Shown in pieces: positions 53,774 through 64,000 of a stretch of DNA of 64,000 nucleotides; positions within the stretch are counted from its first letter, which is position 1, and every line of letters starts with the position of its first letter. This DNA comes from an uncultured Methanomassiliicoccales archaeon (GTDB lineage: Archaea; Thermoplasmatota; Thermoplasmata; Methanomassiliicoccales; UBA472). Below the pieces are notes generated by a model. The model searched no databases, had not been told where the DNA came from, and worked only from the letters and a program-made list of their open reading frames with translations. Position numbers and translations under genes: made by a program. The stretch is taken from positions 1,439,541 through 1,503,540 of the forward strand of contig OW818644.1 in assembly GCA_942492955.1 (NCBI GenBank), given 5' to 3'.

Positions 53774-55564
53774 TTATACCTTTCGCTTCCTCCTCTTCAC
53801 CACCACCGCAGCGACTGCAGCCACTTCGATTATGGCCGCCAGGGCGACTATCATGATTATGGAATTGCCAGATGTGGACGATGCGGACCCGCCACTGCCC
53901 GATACCGTCATCGTCAGATTTCCGACCTTGGTGGTCTTCTTCATGACGTTCACATTGATGGTCAGCTTTCCATATCCGTCCTTCTCTGCGGTCAGGGTAT
54001 GGGAGCCGGCGGTTACGTTCTCGAACTCGAAATGCCCGCTGCTATCCGTGGTCGTCTCCATATCGGCCAATTTTACAGTCGCACCACCGATGGCATTCCC
54101 TTCGGCACCTACCACGGACCCAGTCAAGGAGCGTGAGAATGTAACCACTGCATTTCCCGAATCGAGGAATGCGGCGCAGATACTGCCATTTAGATAATCG
54201 GATTCTGGACCGTATTGATACCAGACCGCAACCGCATCCCCGTTGTTGTCCATCGCTACGTCAGGGGCCCATACGCCAATGCTTTCGGTCAGATAGGAAA
54301 TGATCTGAGGCGTCCCCCACGCCCCTTCCTTGTAGTTACATGCATAGACGCGATAAAATGGATCAATTGCAGTGCTCGGATCACGCTGGATCCAGACGAC
54401 CGTTGCGTTCCCGCTGTCGTCTATCGCAGTGTTCGGATAACCTGCATCGGTGGCTCCAGAGGAGATCCTCTGCGCTGTTCCCCACACCCCGTCCTGGTAC
54501 ATACATGCGGTAATGTTGCTCGAATCTGTCGTCGAATTATGATCGGCCCACAACGCGATCGCGTCCCCGTTCTCATCCATCACCAGATTTTGATTGAAAC
54601 CCCAAAGCATGGACGAGTACGACGCACCTGACCCGACGAGCTGCTTGTCCCCCCATTCCCCATCAGATAAGGTCTTGGAATAGACAGAGTAATTGTGAAT
54701 GCTCGATATACTTCCATAGAACCACGCCACGATCGCGTCCCCATCATCGTTCATGGTGACGCTCGGGCAGAAGGAATCCGTCGAATCCGAAGCTATCAAT
54801 GTGGGGGCCCCCCAAACCCCGTCCTCGAATGTGTTGGCATAGACGGCGCTATTTGATGTTAAGGGAAGTGTCTGGTCCCAGACAAGTATCGCATCCCCGT
54901 TCTCATTCATCTTGATCTGGGCATCACCTGCGCCGCGAGGGGCGGTAGGCGATGAAGCCAGCTGTATCGTTCCCCATTCACCGTCCGAGAATGTTCTCGC
55001 GTAAAGACTGTAACAGGAAATGTCCGAATTCATCTGCTGCCAGAGGATGATGGCGTCCCCGTAGGAATTCACGGCCACGCACGGAATCTTTGCGTTGACT
55101 GATGGGACTGATATCACTTTCGGCGTCGCCCATGCCCCATCGGTGCATATCGATGCGTATATGCTGATGTTCCCTGTGTCCGGATTTTGTTGATCCCACA
55201 CTACGATGGCGTCTCCTTCGCTGTCGATCGCCACGAATGGTTGCTCCAACCAATAATCCATCCCTGACGCGATGCTCGTTGCAGTACCCCAAACCCCTTC
55301 GGTGCTTAGGCTGGCGCGGATATCTCTGGTGATGTCTAGGGGGTCAGTCAAGTTTGCTTCGATCCATACCGCCACGGCATGACCGTTGCTGATCGCGACG
55401 ACCGGATATCCGGCATAATAATCGACCGAGTACCAACCTCCAGGGATCTCAGTGGTCGACCCCCACTCCCCCGTCACGTTCGCTACCGCCTCGAACGTTG
55501 CCATAGAGCATGATGCCAGCAATGAAACGCATAACGCAACAACAAGCAATTTCCGATAGAACAT
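53774..55564 (-). CDS. Cell-surface protein: about 8 repeats of ~48 aa (probable beta-propeller), carboxypeptidase-regulatory-like domain, TM and basic tail
   Basis: P.VA.d..GDAIvvW.Q...iYA....DG.WGt repeats. ATTDSSG.F.FEN..AG..TL.AEK.GY. Confidence 0.85.
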   Translation of the reverse strand: MFYRKLLVVALCVSLLASCSMATFEAVANVTGEWGSTTEIPGGWYSVDYYAGYPVVAISNGHAVAVWIEANLTDPLDITRDIRASLSTEGVWGTATSIASGMDYWLEQPFVAIDSEGDAIVVWDQQNPDTGNISIYASICTDGAWATPKVISVPSVNAKIPCVAVNSYGDAIILWQQMNSDISCYSLYARTFSDGEWGTIQLASSPTAPRGAGDAQIKMNENGDAILVWDQTLPLTSNSAVYANTFEDGVWGAPTLIASDSTDSFCPSVTMNDDGDAIVAWFYGSISSIHNYSVYSKTLSDGEWGDKQLVGSGASYSSMLWGFNQNLVMDENGDAIALWADHNSTTDSSNITACMYQDGVWGTAQRISSGATDAGYPNTAIDDSGNATVVWIQRDPSTAIDPFYRVYACNYKEGAWGTPQIISYLTESIGVWAPDVAMDNNGDAVAVWYQYGPESDYLNGSICAAFLDSGNAVVTFSRSLTGSVVGAEGNAIGGATVKLADMETTTDSSGHFEFENVTAGSHTLTAEKDGYGKLTINVNVMKKTTKVGNLTMTVSGSGGSASSTSGNSIIMIVALAAIIEVAAVAAVVVKRRKRKV

Positions 55565-55737
55565 ACCTCATCTCCCCTCAATGTCGTTAGTATGACAATC
55601 CCTAGAATGGTCGCATATAGGAGCCATAAGAAATTGCATTCTTGACAGTACACTTTTCACCATGTCAACCATATTCGTAGAAGGCCTCGCGAAATGGGTA
55701 GACAGGTGGGATAAACGCCACTGGTTCGAACATCCTA

Positions 55738-57570
55738 TCATTTCCTCCACCGCCGGTCGATGAACAGAAGACCGATGTTCGCGACAACCGCGAGGGAAAC
55801 GATGATCAGAATCGGGAGCATGATGTCCGAACTCGAATCGTCCCCAGAGATCGAGGATAATTTCACCTGACCGAGACCGGTGGTCTCGTTAGCCTCAACG
55901 ACGGCGCTGACGTTCTTCCATCTGTAGCCTTCTTTATGGATTGCTAAAGTGTACGTCCCGACAGTAAGGTTCTTGAATTCGAAATGCCCAGCCGCCCCTG
56001 TGGTCAGGGTCATCCCGTTGCTGAGGATCACGCTTGCGCTGAACAACGCTGCGCCACTCTTGTCCACGAGGTATCCTTCGATGTGCCCAACCTTGGTTGT
56101 GTTGAACGTCGATACCTGATTTATTGTGTTCCCGGCAAGATCGATACCTGCGATGGTGACGATGTATTCGCTGTTATAGTTGAGAGATAGCCGTGTGAAC
56201 ATTGCGACAGAGCCGCTCCAAATCGGTAGGTCATCGACACCTTCAATATCGATGCTTGTGGCAGTCACGTTCATCTTCTCGGAGAAAACCACCACAATTT
56301 CGGAATCGACACTCACATCATCGCCGCTAGGCACGATGGTGGCGGTAGGGGCTTTGGTATCGACAAAGAACCTCAATGATACCATAGTGGTCGTGGTAGA
56401 GACGGTGTCTCCGATGGTGTATGTTATCCTCACTTGGGCAATGTGGGTTCCATCAGATAATGAAGAAAGGGCTCTGTTTGTTCCAGATTCAGCAGTCCAG
56501 GCACCTCCATCGTGCCTGAATTCCACTTTGGTGACGTTTGAATTAGGATTGTGGATTGCCCAATTGATAGTGACGATGTCTGTTTTAAAATACGATTTCT
56601 CGGTGGGAGAGATTATCGACACCATCGGTGATGAAAACATGAACTCGGAGCAGTTCAATTCGCTCCATGGAGAGGTTGTGAATCCTGTCGCCCCCGGATA
56701 GTAGTAGATCGTCATTTCGCTGCTGCAATCCAAGACCCAATCGTCGCCCACTGACGGCGCGTCGCCCTCGAACATGATCTCATCCAAGGCAGAGCATTTT
56801 TCGAAGGCGTGAAAGTAGATGAGCGCAGTACTGGCGGGAATGACAATATTGGTGAGAGAAATGCAACCATAGAACGCCCAGGCTCCAATGCTGGTAGTGT
56901 TTTCAGGAATGGTCACCGAGGTCAGGGCTGAGCAGTATTGGAAAGTAAAATCGTTGATGATGGTTACGCGGTTTGAGATGGCCACAGACGCAAGGGAGGT
57001 ACATTCAGCGAATGCGGCAGCGCCAAGGCTGGTAACACTTTCCGGAATCGTCACCGAGGTCAGCTTGTTGCTGTATGTAAATGCACTGAATTCAACCTTG
57101 GTGACGCTGCTCGGGATTATGAAAGAGCTTTCTGTCTTTCCGGCAGGATATTCGATCAACGTGGTTATGTTCTTATCATACAAGACCCCGTCAATACTAG
57201 CATAACTTGGGTTGTCTGGATTGACGGTTATCGCGGTCATATTGATGGCCTGTAAGAATGGGGTCGCGCCGATGTTGGTAAGATTCGCCGGTATGCTTAC
57301 CGAGGTCGTTTTGAACAAGTGACCTACAAACGCATTGTCGGAGACGGTCGTTACAGGTATGCCATCAATGTCTCCAGGAATGATGAGGGTGCTGCCAGAA
57401 CCAGTGTAACGGGTTATTGCCACTTCAGTTCCATCCTCCAAAAGCTCGTACTGGAAATCCCCGCTCGTCATGACGACCGCAGAGACGACCGTAAGACCGA
57501 CGAGCGTAATGGGGACTATGGACGTTAACATTAGGACAGCGAGCGTAGCCGCAGCGATTCTATGGGACAT
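55738..57570 (-). CDS. BspA-type LRR surface protein with Ig-like and carboxypeptidase-regulatory-like domains and C-terminal TM
   Basis: DGVLY.K..T.LI.YP.GK, LTSVTIP.SVT.IG..AF repeats, VVFSE.M. Start moved to MSHRI. Confidence 0.88.
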   Translation of the reverse strand: MSHRIAAATLAVLMLTSIVPITLVGLTVVSAVVMTSGDFQYELLEDGTEVAITRYTGSGSTLIIPGDIDGIPVTTVSDNAFVGHLFKTTSVSIPANLTNIGATPFLQAINMTAITVNPDNPSYASIDGVLYDKNITTLIEYPAGKTESSFIIPSSVTKVEFSAFTYSNKLTSVTIPESVTSLGAAAFAECTSLASVAISNRVTIINDFTFQYCSALTSVTIPENTTSIGAWAFYGCISLTNIVIPASTALIYFHAFEKCSALDEIMFEGDAPSVGDDWVLDCSSEMTIYYYPGATGFTTSPWSELNCSEFMFSSPMVSIISPTEKSYFKTDIVTINWAIHNPNSNVTKVEFRHDGGAWTAESGTNRALSSLSDGTHIAQVRITYTIGDTVSTTTTMVSLRFFVDTKAPTATIVPSGDDVSVDSEIVVVFSEKMNVTATSIDIEGVDDLPIWSGSVAMFTRLSLNYNSEYIVTIAGIDLAGNTINQVSTFNTTKVGHIEGYLVDKSGAALFSASVILSNGMTLTTGAAGHFEFKNLTVGTYTLAIHKEGYRWKNVSAVVEANETTGLGQVKLSSISGDDSSSDIMLPILIIVSLAVVANIGLLFIDRRWRK

Positions 57571-58115
57571 TATTGCACCCTTTTCCGAATGAAATTCAAA
57601 GGAATGATATTGCATTAATTTACTCATTATTTAAATTCATTTATAATTTTAAAAAAACGTGCGTCCAGAATTTCGTACCAATGCTTGAGCGTTCATTCTA
57701 TCGTCTGGCCATTGAGTCGGTCAGAAATCCGATCGGTCCCGCCGTCTTTATCTGGCTTATTATAAAACTCCAAAGGTGAGTATCGTCTCGAGCCGTATTG
57801 TTTATGGAGAATTGAGCAAGGTTGTTCTCCTCCGATGCAGACAAATCGTGAGATCGAAAAAGAGAACAATTTTGAGTGAGCTTTGGCAATTGAGGCGGTG
57901 AAGCACCATCGAAGGCCATCATAAGAGAAATTGATCGATCATGATGCCAACATTTACCTGGGAGATTGTTAAACCCATTGATCTCGATTCGCAGATCCTG
58001 CACTTCTTGATGAATATCGGTCCGACGACTCAGAGATGAACGCTCCAGAGCTGTCACCTATTTATCAAAGTGCCGTCTGCGTTGCCTAGAAGTATTCGAG
58101 AAGCCCTGTAGAAAA

Positions 58116-59456
58116 ATGATGACCTTCGACATCGTCTCCCCGTGGATCCGTGAGATGGACGACATGATGCGGAGCGAGCCCATTGATGGAAATTCGCACG
58201 CAGACATAGCGATCATAGGAGGAGGGATCGCCGGTATGTCAACTGCCTACTATCTTCTTCAGAACACCGATTGCAGCGTCATGCTCCTTGAACGGGGCAG
58301 GGTCGGCTACGGTGCTTCAGGCCGCAACGGAGGTCAAGGTATCTCCTCGATGGAGCTCAGCTTCAAGGACCTGCTCCACTCGTTCGATGGAGCGACGATC
58401 GCGGGAATGCTCAACGACCTTGAATCTGGCCATGAGAGATTGAAGGAGATATGCGGGGAAATTGGGTATAGGAATGGCCCTATCGAAACGACAGTATGGT
58501 CAGGGTTCTCCTCAATTCACGAGGTTCAGAACTATCTCGAGGAGATGCGCCTGCGATCCCTCTTCGGTGCCCCGGTTCGTCCGTTGATCATCGAGGGGGA
58601 AACCCTCGCAGAGGTCCGGGTCCCACCAGGTCTCGAGGGTTTGGTATCCGCTGGGACCTTGCAGGAACTCATGAAGGTCCTGCACACCCGGGAGAGGTAC
58701 ATCGCAGCATATCCAGCGCCGGTCTCATTGGGTAACAGCGGAAGGCTGAGCAGGGCCATTGCCCAGTATCTTGCAGACAAGTATCCGGATAGGTTTGTGT
58801 TGCATGAAAAGAGCCCGGTTGTTAAGGCCATGCTAGATGGTGCGGTGAGGCTTCATGCCAATGGCCATACTGTTACCGCGAAAATTACCGTACTCTGCAC
58901 TAACGGTTATCCGTTACCGGAGTTAGAATCGGTCGAACGCCCGAAGGTCGCCTCGAGCCTGCGAAGGTATGTGGCATCAATGGTCGCTCATGAGTCTGAA
59001 GAAAAGAAGGGGGCCGGGGCTTTCATTTACTATCATGATGAGGGAGACCCTGAGGAGGAGCCATACTTCTACCTTACGCGAAGGTCATTTCTAGTCAATG
59101 GAAAGGACCTCGTGACGGTCGGTGGACCGCAGCAGCAGATCTCGAAGGAACTTGACCACCATGCGGAATACCCGGATGGCATCTATCAGCGTATCGAAGG
59201 TTTTCTCGACCGTTCATATCCCGAGAAGATGGATGGGCAGAATGGAATGCGTTGGAACGGTTTGATGGGATACACCGCGGATGGAACAAGGATGATCGGA
59301 CCGGATCCCAAGATCCCATGCCTCTGGTACAACATGGGATGCAATGGTGTCGGGTTCCTGTACTCGATCGTCGGTGGAAAAAAGGTGGCGGAACGAGTCA
59401 AAGGGATGTGGGGAAAAGTTTGCCGGGACGGCGAAACAAGCACCGGCGGGGAATGA
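58116..59456 (+). CDS. FAD-dependent oxidoreductase (DAO/PuuB-like)
   Basis: IIGGGIAG.STAY, GASGRNGG, VLCTNGY, W.GLMGYT.D, GCNG.G. Confidence 0.85.
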   Translation: MMTFDIVSPWIREMDDMMRSEPIDGNSHADIAIIGGGIAGMSTAYYLLQNTDCSVMLLERGRVGYGASGRNGGQGISSMELSFKDLLHSFDGATIAGMLNDLESGHERLKEICGEIGYRNGPIETTVWSGFSSIHEVQNYLEEMRLRSLFGAPVRPLIIEGETLAEVRVPPGLEGLVSAGTLQELMKVLHTRERYIAAYPAPVSLGNSGRLSRAIAQYLADKYPDRFVLHEKSPVVKAMLDGAVRLHANGHTVTAKITVLCTNGYPLPELESVERPKVASSLRRYVASMVAHESEEKKGAGAFIYYHDEGDPEEEPYFYLTRRSFLVNGKDLVTVGGPQQQISKELDHHAEYPDGIYQRIEGFLDRSYPEKMDGQNGMRWNGLMGYTADGTRMIGPDPKIPCLWYNMGCNGVGFLYSIVGGKKVAERVKGMWGKVCRDGETSTGGE

Positions 59457-59584
59457 GCATGGGATCGGCCATATCGCTTTAGCACACGACCATATGTTTT
59501 CGATATGGACGGCAAGATCGTGCCATAGTTCGTACGAGGACCTCGCATCGCCTCGCAATAGGCACGACCCCATGGAACTGTCGT

Positions 59585-59953
59585 CTAATGGCAATGCCCA
59601 GATCCTTGACAGACGTCTTTGATCGAAGCTTCCATCAGGCTTTCCTTCATGTAGTTGTCCAATGCTTCCTTTACCGTTCCAGCCGCCCCTACGAATACCT
59701 TGATGCCGTTGTTCTGGAACTCCATCAATGGCCGGCGACCGATCCCACCGATCAGGACTGCACCTATCCCTGCATCGGCCATTTTGCGCACTGGCATCAT
59801 GCAGTTATGCTCCCCATCATTGTCGATCGTCCACACATTCTTGATTTGGTTCCCTTCGATCTCCACCGCAGTGAAAAGATCGCAATGACCAAAATGTGCC
59901 GACACTCCTGCTTCGAGCCCTCCTGGGCTGTTACTTGGTATACCTAATTTCAT
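59585..59953 (-). CDS. NifB/NifX-family Fe-Mo cofactor-binding-like protein
   Basis: VSAHFGHC..F, GAVLIGGIG.RP, F...GI.V. Cys/His tail. Confidence 0.85.
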   Translation of the reverse strand: MKLGIPSNSPGGLEAGVSAHFGHCDLFTAVEIEGNQIKNVWTIDNDGEHNCMMPVRKMADAGIGAVLIGGIGRRPLMEFQNNGIKVFVGAAGTVKEALDNYMKESLMEASIKDVCQGSGHCH

Positions 59954-60118
59954 TTTGTTCTCTCCTTGTTTCTCGACTGTTCAACCTACCTTGAATTCTG
60001 GCCATCATCCATGATCGGGTGTTCATGAATGGCCCACACAACGTTCGGTTGACGAGTTCAAACCCGGCAGGCATGATGCTTCGTCCAATTACGATACAGA
60101 ATCTGCGAATCGTGCATT

Positions 60119-60619
60119 TCATTCGCCATCTTCTGTGACCTCTTCTTCCTTCTCACGACAGCATCCGCCATGGCAGCCACGCTTTGACCGGTTTTCATTC
60201 TGGTCGGCTGATTCTCTATGCACTCCATTTCCGCCACACTTGGGGCACCGAGAAGGTTCGCTCGCCGTGAATGGGACCTCCCATGTCGAACTGCATCCAT
60301 CGCAAGTGAATCGCCTTGGCCTCTCAAAGGTATAGTTTCCACCTTTGATCTCGATGGCCTTCCCTTTCACCAGTGCTTCTGATATCTTCCTTCTGGCGTT
60401 TTGTAGATCTTCCCAGAGAGCGCGTCTGGAGATGCCCATCCGTTGGGCCGCCCCTTCCTGTTCTAGTCCTTCTAGGTCGATCAGGCGAACGGCTTCGAGC
60501 TCCTCCAAGGAGAGGACGACGATGTCCAGCTCTCTGAGGGGGACCCCACGAGGCTTAAAGTAGGAGACTGCCGGCTCATTTTCGATCCGTCTTGGGCATC
60601 GTGGTCTTCCGGGTCTCAT
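60119..60619 (-). CDS. DUF134 HTH protein with C-terminal Zn ribbon
   Basis: GRPR..R.I...P...FKP.G, L.LEELEA.RL.D.EGL.Q..AA..MGISR, CDGC...CPKCG. Confidence 0.9.
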   Translation of the reverse strand: MRPGRPRCPRRIENEPAVSYFKPRGVPLRELDIVVLSLEELEAVRLIDLEGLEQEGAAQRMGISRRALWEDLQNARRKISEALVKGKAIEIKGGNYTFERPRRFTCDGCSSTWEVPFTASEPSRCPKCGGNGVHRESADQNENRSKRGCHGGCCREKEEEVTEDGE

Positions 60620-60845
60620 TAATTCCCTCAATAGGGAGTAAATATATAAACATTTTGTAATTTCTGAGAGATATTGCTCTGTCATCAGAAATGTTGGCAT
60701 CCCGATAGAAATTTGAGTCCGCGATGACCCAGCCCACATTTTTCAAGCCATTTGACTAATATTCTTCTGGGCAGGGCGTCGCAGTTAATCATAATTCTAA
60801 ATAATTTCTCATATTCTTTCATATAGTTAATGATATATTCATACC

Positions 60846-61424
60846 ATGATGTCGACAACGAAAATGCTGGCCGGTATGGCGAAACCAAAGGTCGGGAATA
60901 ATTCCCACATATCAGAGTGGGCGGTAGTGATGGGAAATGTCACTATCGGCGACAACGTTTTCATTGCCCCAAATGCAACCATCAGGTGTGATGAACCAGG
61001 TTCGGAGATCATCATAGGTTCAGATTGCAACATCCAGGACAACGTGGTAATCCATAGTCTAACAAAAAGCAAGGTCCTAATCGGTTCTGGCACCTCCATT
61101 GGTCATGGCAGCATCATCCATGGTCCCTGTGAAATTGGTGAAAGATGTTTCGTTGGTTTTGGTTCTGTGGTCTTTAAAAGTATACTAGGGGATGACGCAA
61201 TGATTATGCATCGAGTCTTGGTGGAGGACGCTGTGGTCCCTAAGAGAGGACTTGTCCGATCTGGTACGACAGTCAATGGAATTGAGGGTCACATATTCGC
61301 CGAGGTATGTTCCGAAATGAAGGATTTCTCAGAAAGGGTGAGAAATGTCAACATGAGATTGGCGAAAATCTATAATCAGAAGGATGGTTCATGGGGCAAA
61401 GAGACTGATGGCGATAAATCCTGA
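60846..61424 (+). CDS. Gamma-class carbonic anhydrase (Cam/CamH-like)
   Basis: IRCDE, NIQDNVVIHS, IGHGSIIHGPC (three His ligands). No signal peptide. Confidence 0.85.
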   Translation: MMSTTKMLAGMAKPKVGNNSHISEWAVVMGNVTIGDNVFIAPNATIRCDEPGSEIIIGSDCNIQDNVVIHSLTKSKVLIGSGTSIGHGSIIHGPCEIGERCFVGFGSVVFKSILGDDAMIMHRVLVEDAVVPKRGLVRSGTTVNGIEGHIFAEVCSEMKDFSERVRNVNMRLAKIYNQKDGSWGKETDGDKS

Positions 61425-61716
61425 AAGAAGTCCAGAGCCAAAGGACCTAGAGGAGGTAATCAAATGGGTCCTTGGTGTAGACCGTCGCATATTGGTTATG
61501 AAAGAAGCCCATGAGAATGGGGTTATTAGGGCGACGCAGATGGCAGAGATTACTGGAAGGTCGGTCCAGAACATCAGTCATGCTATTCATGAAATGGAGG
61601 AAGCTGGCCTCATAGAATGTCTCACCCCTGAGAAGAGCAGCTGGAAACGATATATCCTTACTGAATTGGGTAAGAAGACCTCCGAATGTCTCCGAGAGAG
61701 ACATTCTCTTGATTGA
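61408..61716 (+). CDS. Winged-helix (MarR/ArsR-like) regulator
   Basis: ATQMAEITGRSVQNISHAI.EMEEAGLIEC......Y.LTE.G. Confidence 0.8.
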   Translation: MAINPERSPEPKDLEEVIKWVLGVDRRILVMKEAHENGVIRATQMAEITGRSVQNISHAIHEMEEAGLIECLTPEKSSWKRYILTELGKKTSECLRERHSLD

Positions 61717-61937
61717 AGCATACCAGATAAGACATTTCTTAGCCATCTAGATAGCAGAGCGGAGGCTTGATTGATCGGAGTTGCGTTCGACATTCAGATT
61801 CAAGTTTCATTGGATCTATGTGATCTTTGACCAGGCCAAGAGGACCGTTGATCCATACAATACTGAGTGACGCAAATCGCCAATTTGCCCGAAATACTTA
61901 ACATACCTAATACAGCTTCAACAAACGCAGGTCACCG

Positions 61938-63305
61938 ATGAATACCAGTAATAAGATGCTACGATTTGCATTCAATTCTGGTGATCGAGCAGTTCTTTTG
62001 CTGATCGCAGTCAGCACCATCATCGATCTGCTAGTATCGATCTATTATCTTTCCCAGGGCACCTCCATCGTTTTCCAGAACATCTACTATTTCACCATCG
62101 TCCTTGCATCATACTGGTATCGGTGGCGGGGAGCCCTATTCTCCTGTGCGCTAGGCCTGGCCTACCTTGCCCTTAGCGCATTCTATGACCAAGAGTTCGT
62201 GATATTGATGCAGGCGACCATCAGGACCGTTCTTTTCATACTGATCGCCATAGTCGTCGCGTACCTTTCGACGAGATTGGAAGAGGAGAAAAGCAGGTAT
62301 CGTACCATTTTCTCAACTTCTGGGTCAGGGATGGCTGTAGTGAGGAGATCCGATGGTTCGATCAAGGTAGCGAACAGCAAGTTTCTGGAGATCACGGGGG
62401 CCAAGTCAATAAAAGGAGCGAATCTCACCACCTTCTTCACTGCGGGAGTTAACGCCAGATTTGAAGAACTCCTCAAGGGAACCGGAACCTTCACCGACCT
62501 TGAGATGTGTTTGAATTCACGATCGGGAGAGGTCAAGACCTGTCTGATATCCGGAAGCACGCTCAACTCGAATGAAATGGCCATGTCCGTGGTGGACATA
62601 AGCGACCAAAAGAAATCTCAGGCAACGATCGAGGAAGCGAACAGGAAGCTCAACATATTGAGCAGCATCACTCGTCATGACACGAGCAACATGTTGATGA
62701 TACTGAGCGGGCACCTTCAGCTTCATCAGAGGACCATAACGGATGATAATGAGAAGAAACGAGTGGAGATGATAAGCGATCTGGTCGATTCGTTGAGGGA
62801 GCATCTGGACTTTGCGGAGAACTACCGAAGACTGGGCGTCAATTCACCGGAATGGCAGTCGGTCCGAAAAGCCAGTGAGGAAGCGGCCGACCAATTCGAT
62901 CGCAAGGATGTCTCTCTCACGTTCGATATCGGGGAGATCGAGGTGCTGGCCGATCCGATGCTCAAGAAGGTCTTCTACAACCTCATTGACAATTCCCTGA
63001 AACATGGTGGCATGATCACCGACATTCAGATCTCCTCGGCGGTCAACGAAAAGAATGCCGTGATCGTGTACAAGGACAATGGGATAGGCATACCTCAAGA
63101 GAATAAGGAAAAGATCTTCGAGGACGGCTATGGGCGAGATCATGGCCTTGGCCTCTACCTGATCAGAGAGATATTGAAAATTACGAACATCGAGATCAAA
63201 GAGACCGGCTTATCGGGATCGGGTGTCCGTTTCGAGCTTACGGTCCCTCTTTGCGCCTTCCGATCGAGGATGGATGCTGCAATGAAACCGGACGATATTT
63301 CTTAA
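61938..63305 (+). CDS. Membrane sensor histidine kinase with PAS domain
   Basis: N-terminal TMs, PAS, ITRHD.SN H-box, FYNLIDNSLKHG, DNG.GI, F..G...GLGL. Confidence 0.9.
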   Translation: MNTSNKMLRFAFNSGDRAVLLLIAVSTIIDLLVSIYYLSQGTSIVFQNIYYFTIVLASYWYRWRGALFSCALGLAYLALSAFYDQEFVILMQATIRTVLFILIAIVVAYLSTRLEEEKSRYRTIFSTSGSGMAVVRRSDGSIKVANSKFLEITGAKSIKGANLTTFFTAGVNARFEELLKGTGTFTDLEMCLNSRSGEVKTCLISGSTLNSNEMAMSVVDISDQKKSQATIEEANRKLNILSSITRHDTSNMLMILSGHLQLHQRTITDDNEKKRVEMISDLVDSLREHLDFAENYRRLGVNSPEWQSVRKASEEAADQFDRKDVSLTFDIGEIEVLADPMLKKVFYNLIDNSLKHGGMITDIQISSAVNEKNAVIVYKDNGIGIPQENKEKIFEDGYGRDHGLGLYLIREILKITNIEIKETGLSGSGVRFELTVPLCAFRSRMDAAMKPDDIS

Positions 63306-63991
63306 CCGCCGAGAACCAGGCTGATTCCCACGATCGCTGCCCCCAAGGTTACCAGCGTTATCCCGAACAGCGTTTTTCGGATATTGGTGTGTTTGGCCCA
63401 GATGTATCCCACTATGAAAAGGACGATGAACGCTACGATGTTCGACACGACCACTGCCGTATGGGGGGGCTCAATCAGCCACAGGGGAACGACGACGACC
63501 AATGTCGCCAATAACATCGCGAAGAACACCTGGAATGCGCCGAAGATGTCCTCCCGGGCGATTCCGATTAATTTGGGTTGGCGCGTGTAACTTGCATCGC
63601 TCGAACGCCGCTGGGCATGCAACACAAGACGGTAGACTGATTTTTGGTCCTCAGCGTCCAATGTGCCGACCAAGGAGTCCTCCAGATCCTCTTGGATGGT
63701 GGCCAATGCCTCGGATTCGTCCTTAGCGGATCTGATCTTACTGGCAATCCGTGTATACCGGTGCTTCTGGAAAACAATTACCAGTATGTACAGAATGGCA
63801 TCGATTATGCCCCACGCGACACCCGCACCCAACGATGTGGTCACCATAAGGTCTATATCCAGCATCCCTCCGCCAGTGATGACCCGAACGGCGCTGGTAA
63901 TGGTCAGCGCTATCACCAGGCCGTACAATATCTCCACTAGCCGTTCGTGGGGATATAGGTAATCCGTCGGTCGTCTGATGATGAAATGCAT
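63302..63991 (-). CDS. VIT1/CCC1-like membrane protein
   Basis: ERL.EIL.GL..ALT.TS, G...AWGIIDA, F.A...VP, LF..GY.WA. Confidence 0.7.
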   Translation of the reverse strand: MHFIIRRPTDYLYPHERLVEILYGLVIALTITSAVRVITGGGMLDIDLMVTTSLGAGVAWGIIDAILYILVIVFQKHRYTRIASKIRSAKDESEALATIQEDLEDSLVGTLDAEDQKSVYRLVLHAQRRSSDASYTRQPKLIGIAREDIFGAFQVFFAMLLATLVVVVPLWLIEPPHTAVVVSNIVAFIVLFIVGYIWAKHTNIRKTLFGITLVTLGAAIVGISLVLGG

Positions 63992-64000
63992 GACATCTGC

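Noticed and set aside
57698-58057. 119-aa minus-strand ORF in an AT-rich spacer
   Set aside because: No SD or motif and atypical composition. At most an unidentifiable remnant.
59931-60122. 63-aa ORF with ATGA overlap to DUF134
   Set aside because: No recognisable motif, and it runs into the NifX-like start. Cannot be supported as a gene.
1-64000. CRISPR array, rRNA, transposase or integrase
   Set aside because: No regularly spaced repeats, rRNA signatures or recombinase motifs were seen by eye.

Overview
Archaeal chromosome segment of fairly high GC. Gene content and order (aIF5B-ndk-L24e-S28e-L7Ae, Trm56 next to an HD protein, FN3/BspA surface proteins, PRC barrels) best fit Thermoplasmatota, most likely Methanomassiliicoccales; this is inference, as no methanogenesis gene lies in the window. 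About 1-48 kb is mostly core: translation genes, a 2-oxoacid:ferredoxin oxidoreductase operon, ilvE, two importers, a heptose/glycosyltransferase cluster, CDC48, Elp3, Trx/TrxR and Trm56. From tRNA-Asn (48.2 kb) onward the region is accessory, with an intron-containing tRNA(CAU), a 22-bp att duplication and surface proteins. Top candidate for an undescribed system: a 21-codon Val/Leu/Ile-rich, probably leaderless uORF followed by a GC hairpin, directly upstream of an ORF86-IlvH-like ACT-ilvE operon. It looks like ribosome-mediated branched-chain amino-acid sensing in an archaeon. Other leads are a 19-aa CGCGCG microprotein with its own expression signals, a circularly permuted ABC substrate-binding protein, an archaeal HddA/GmhA-GmhB heptose pathway and a TrxR lacking NADPH motifs. 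All assignments come from motif recognition by eye; no searches were run.
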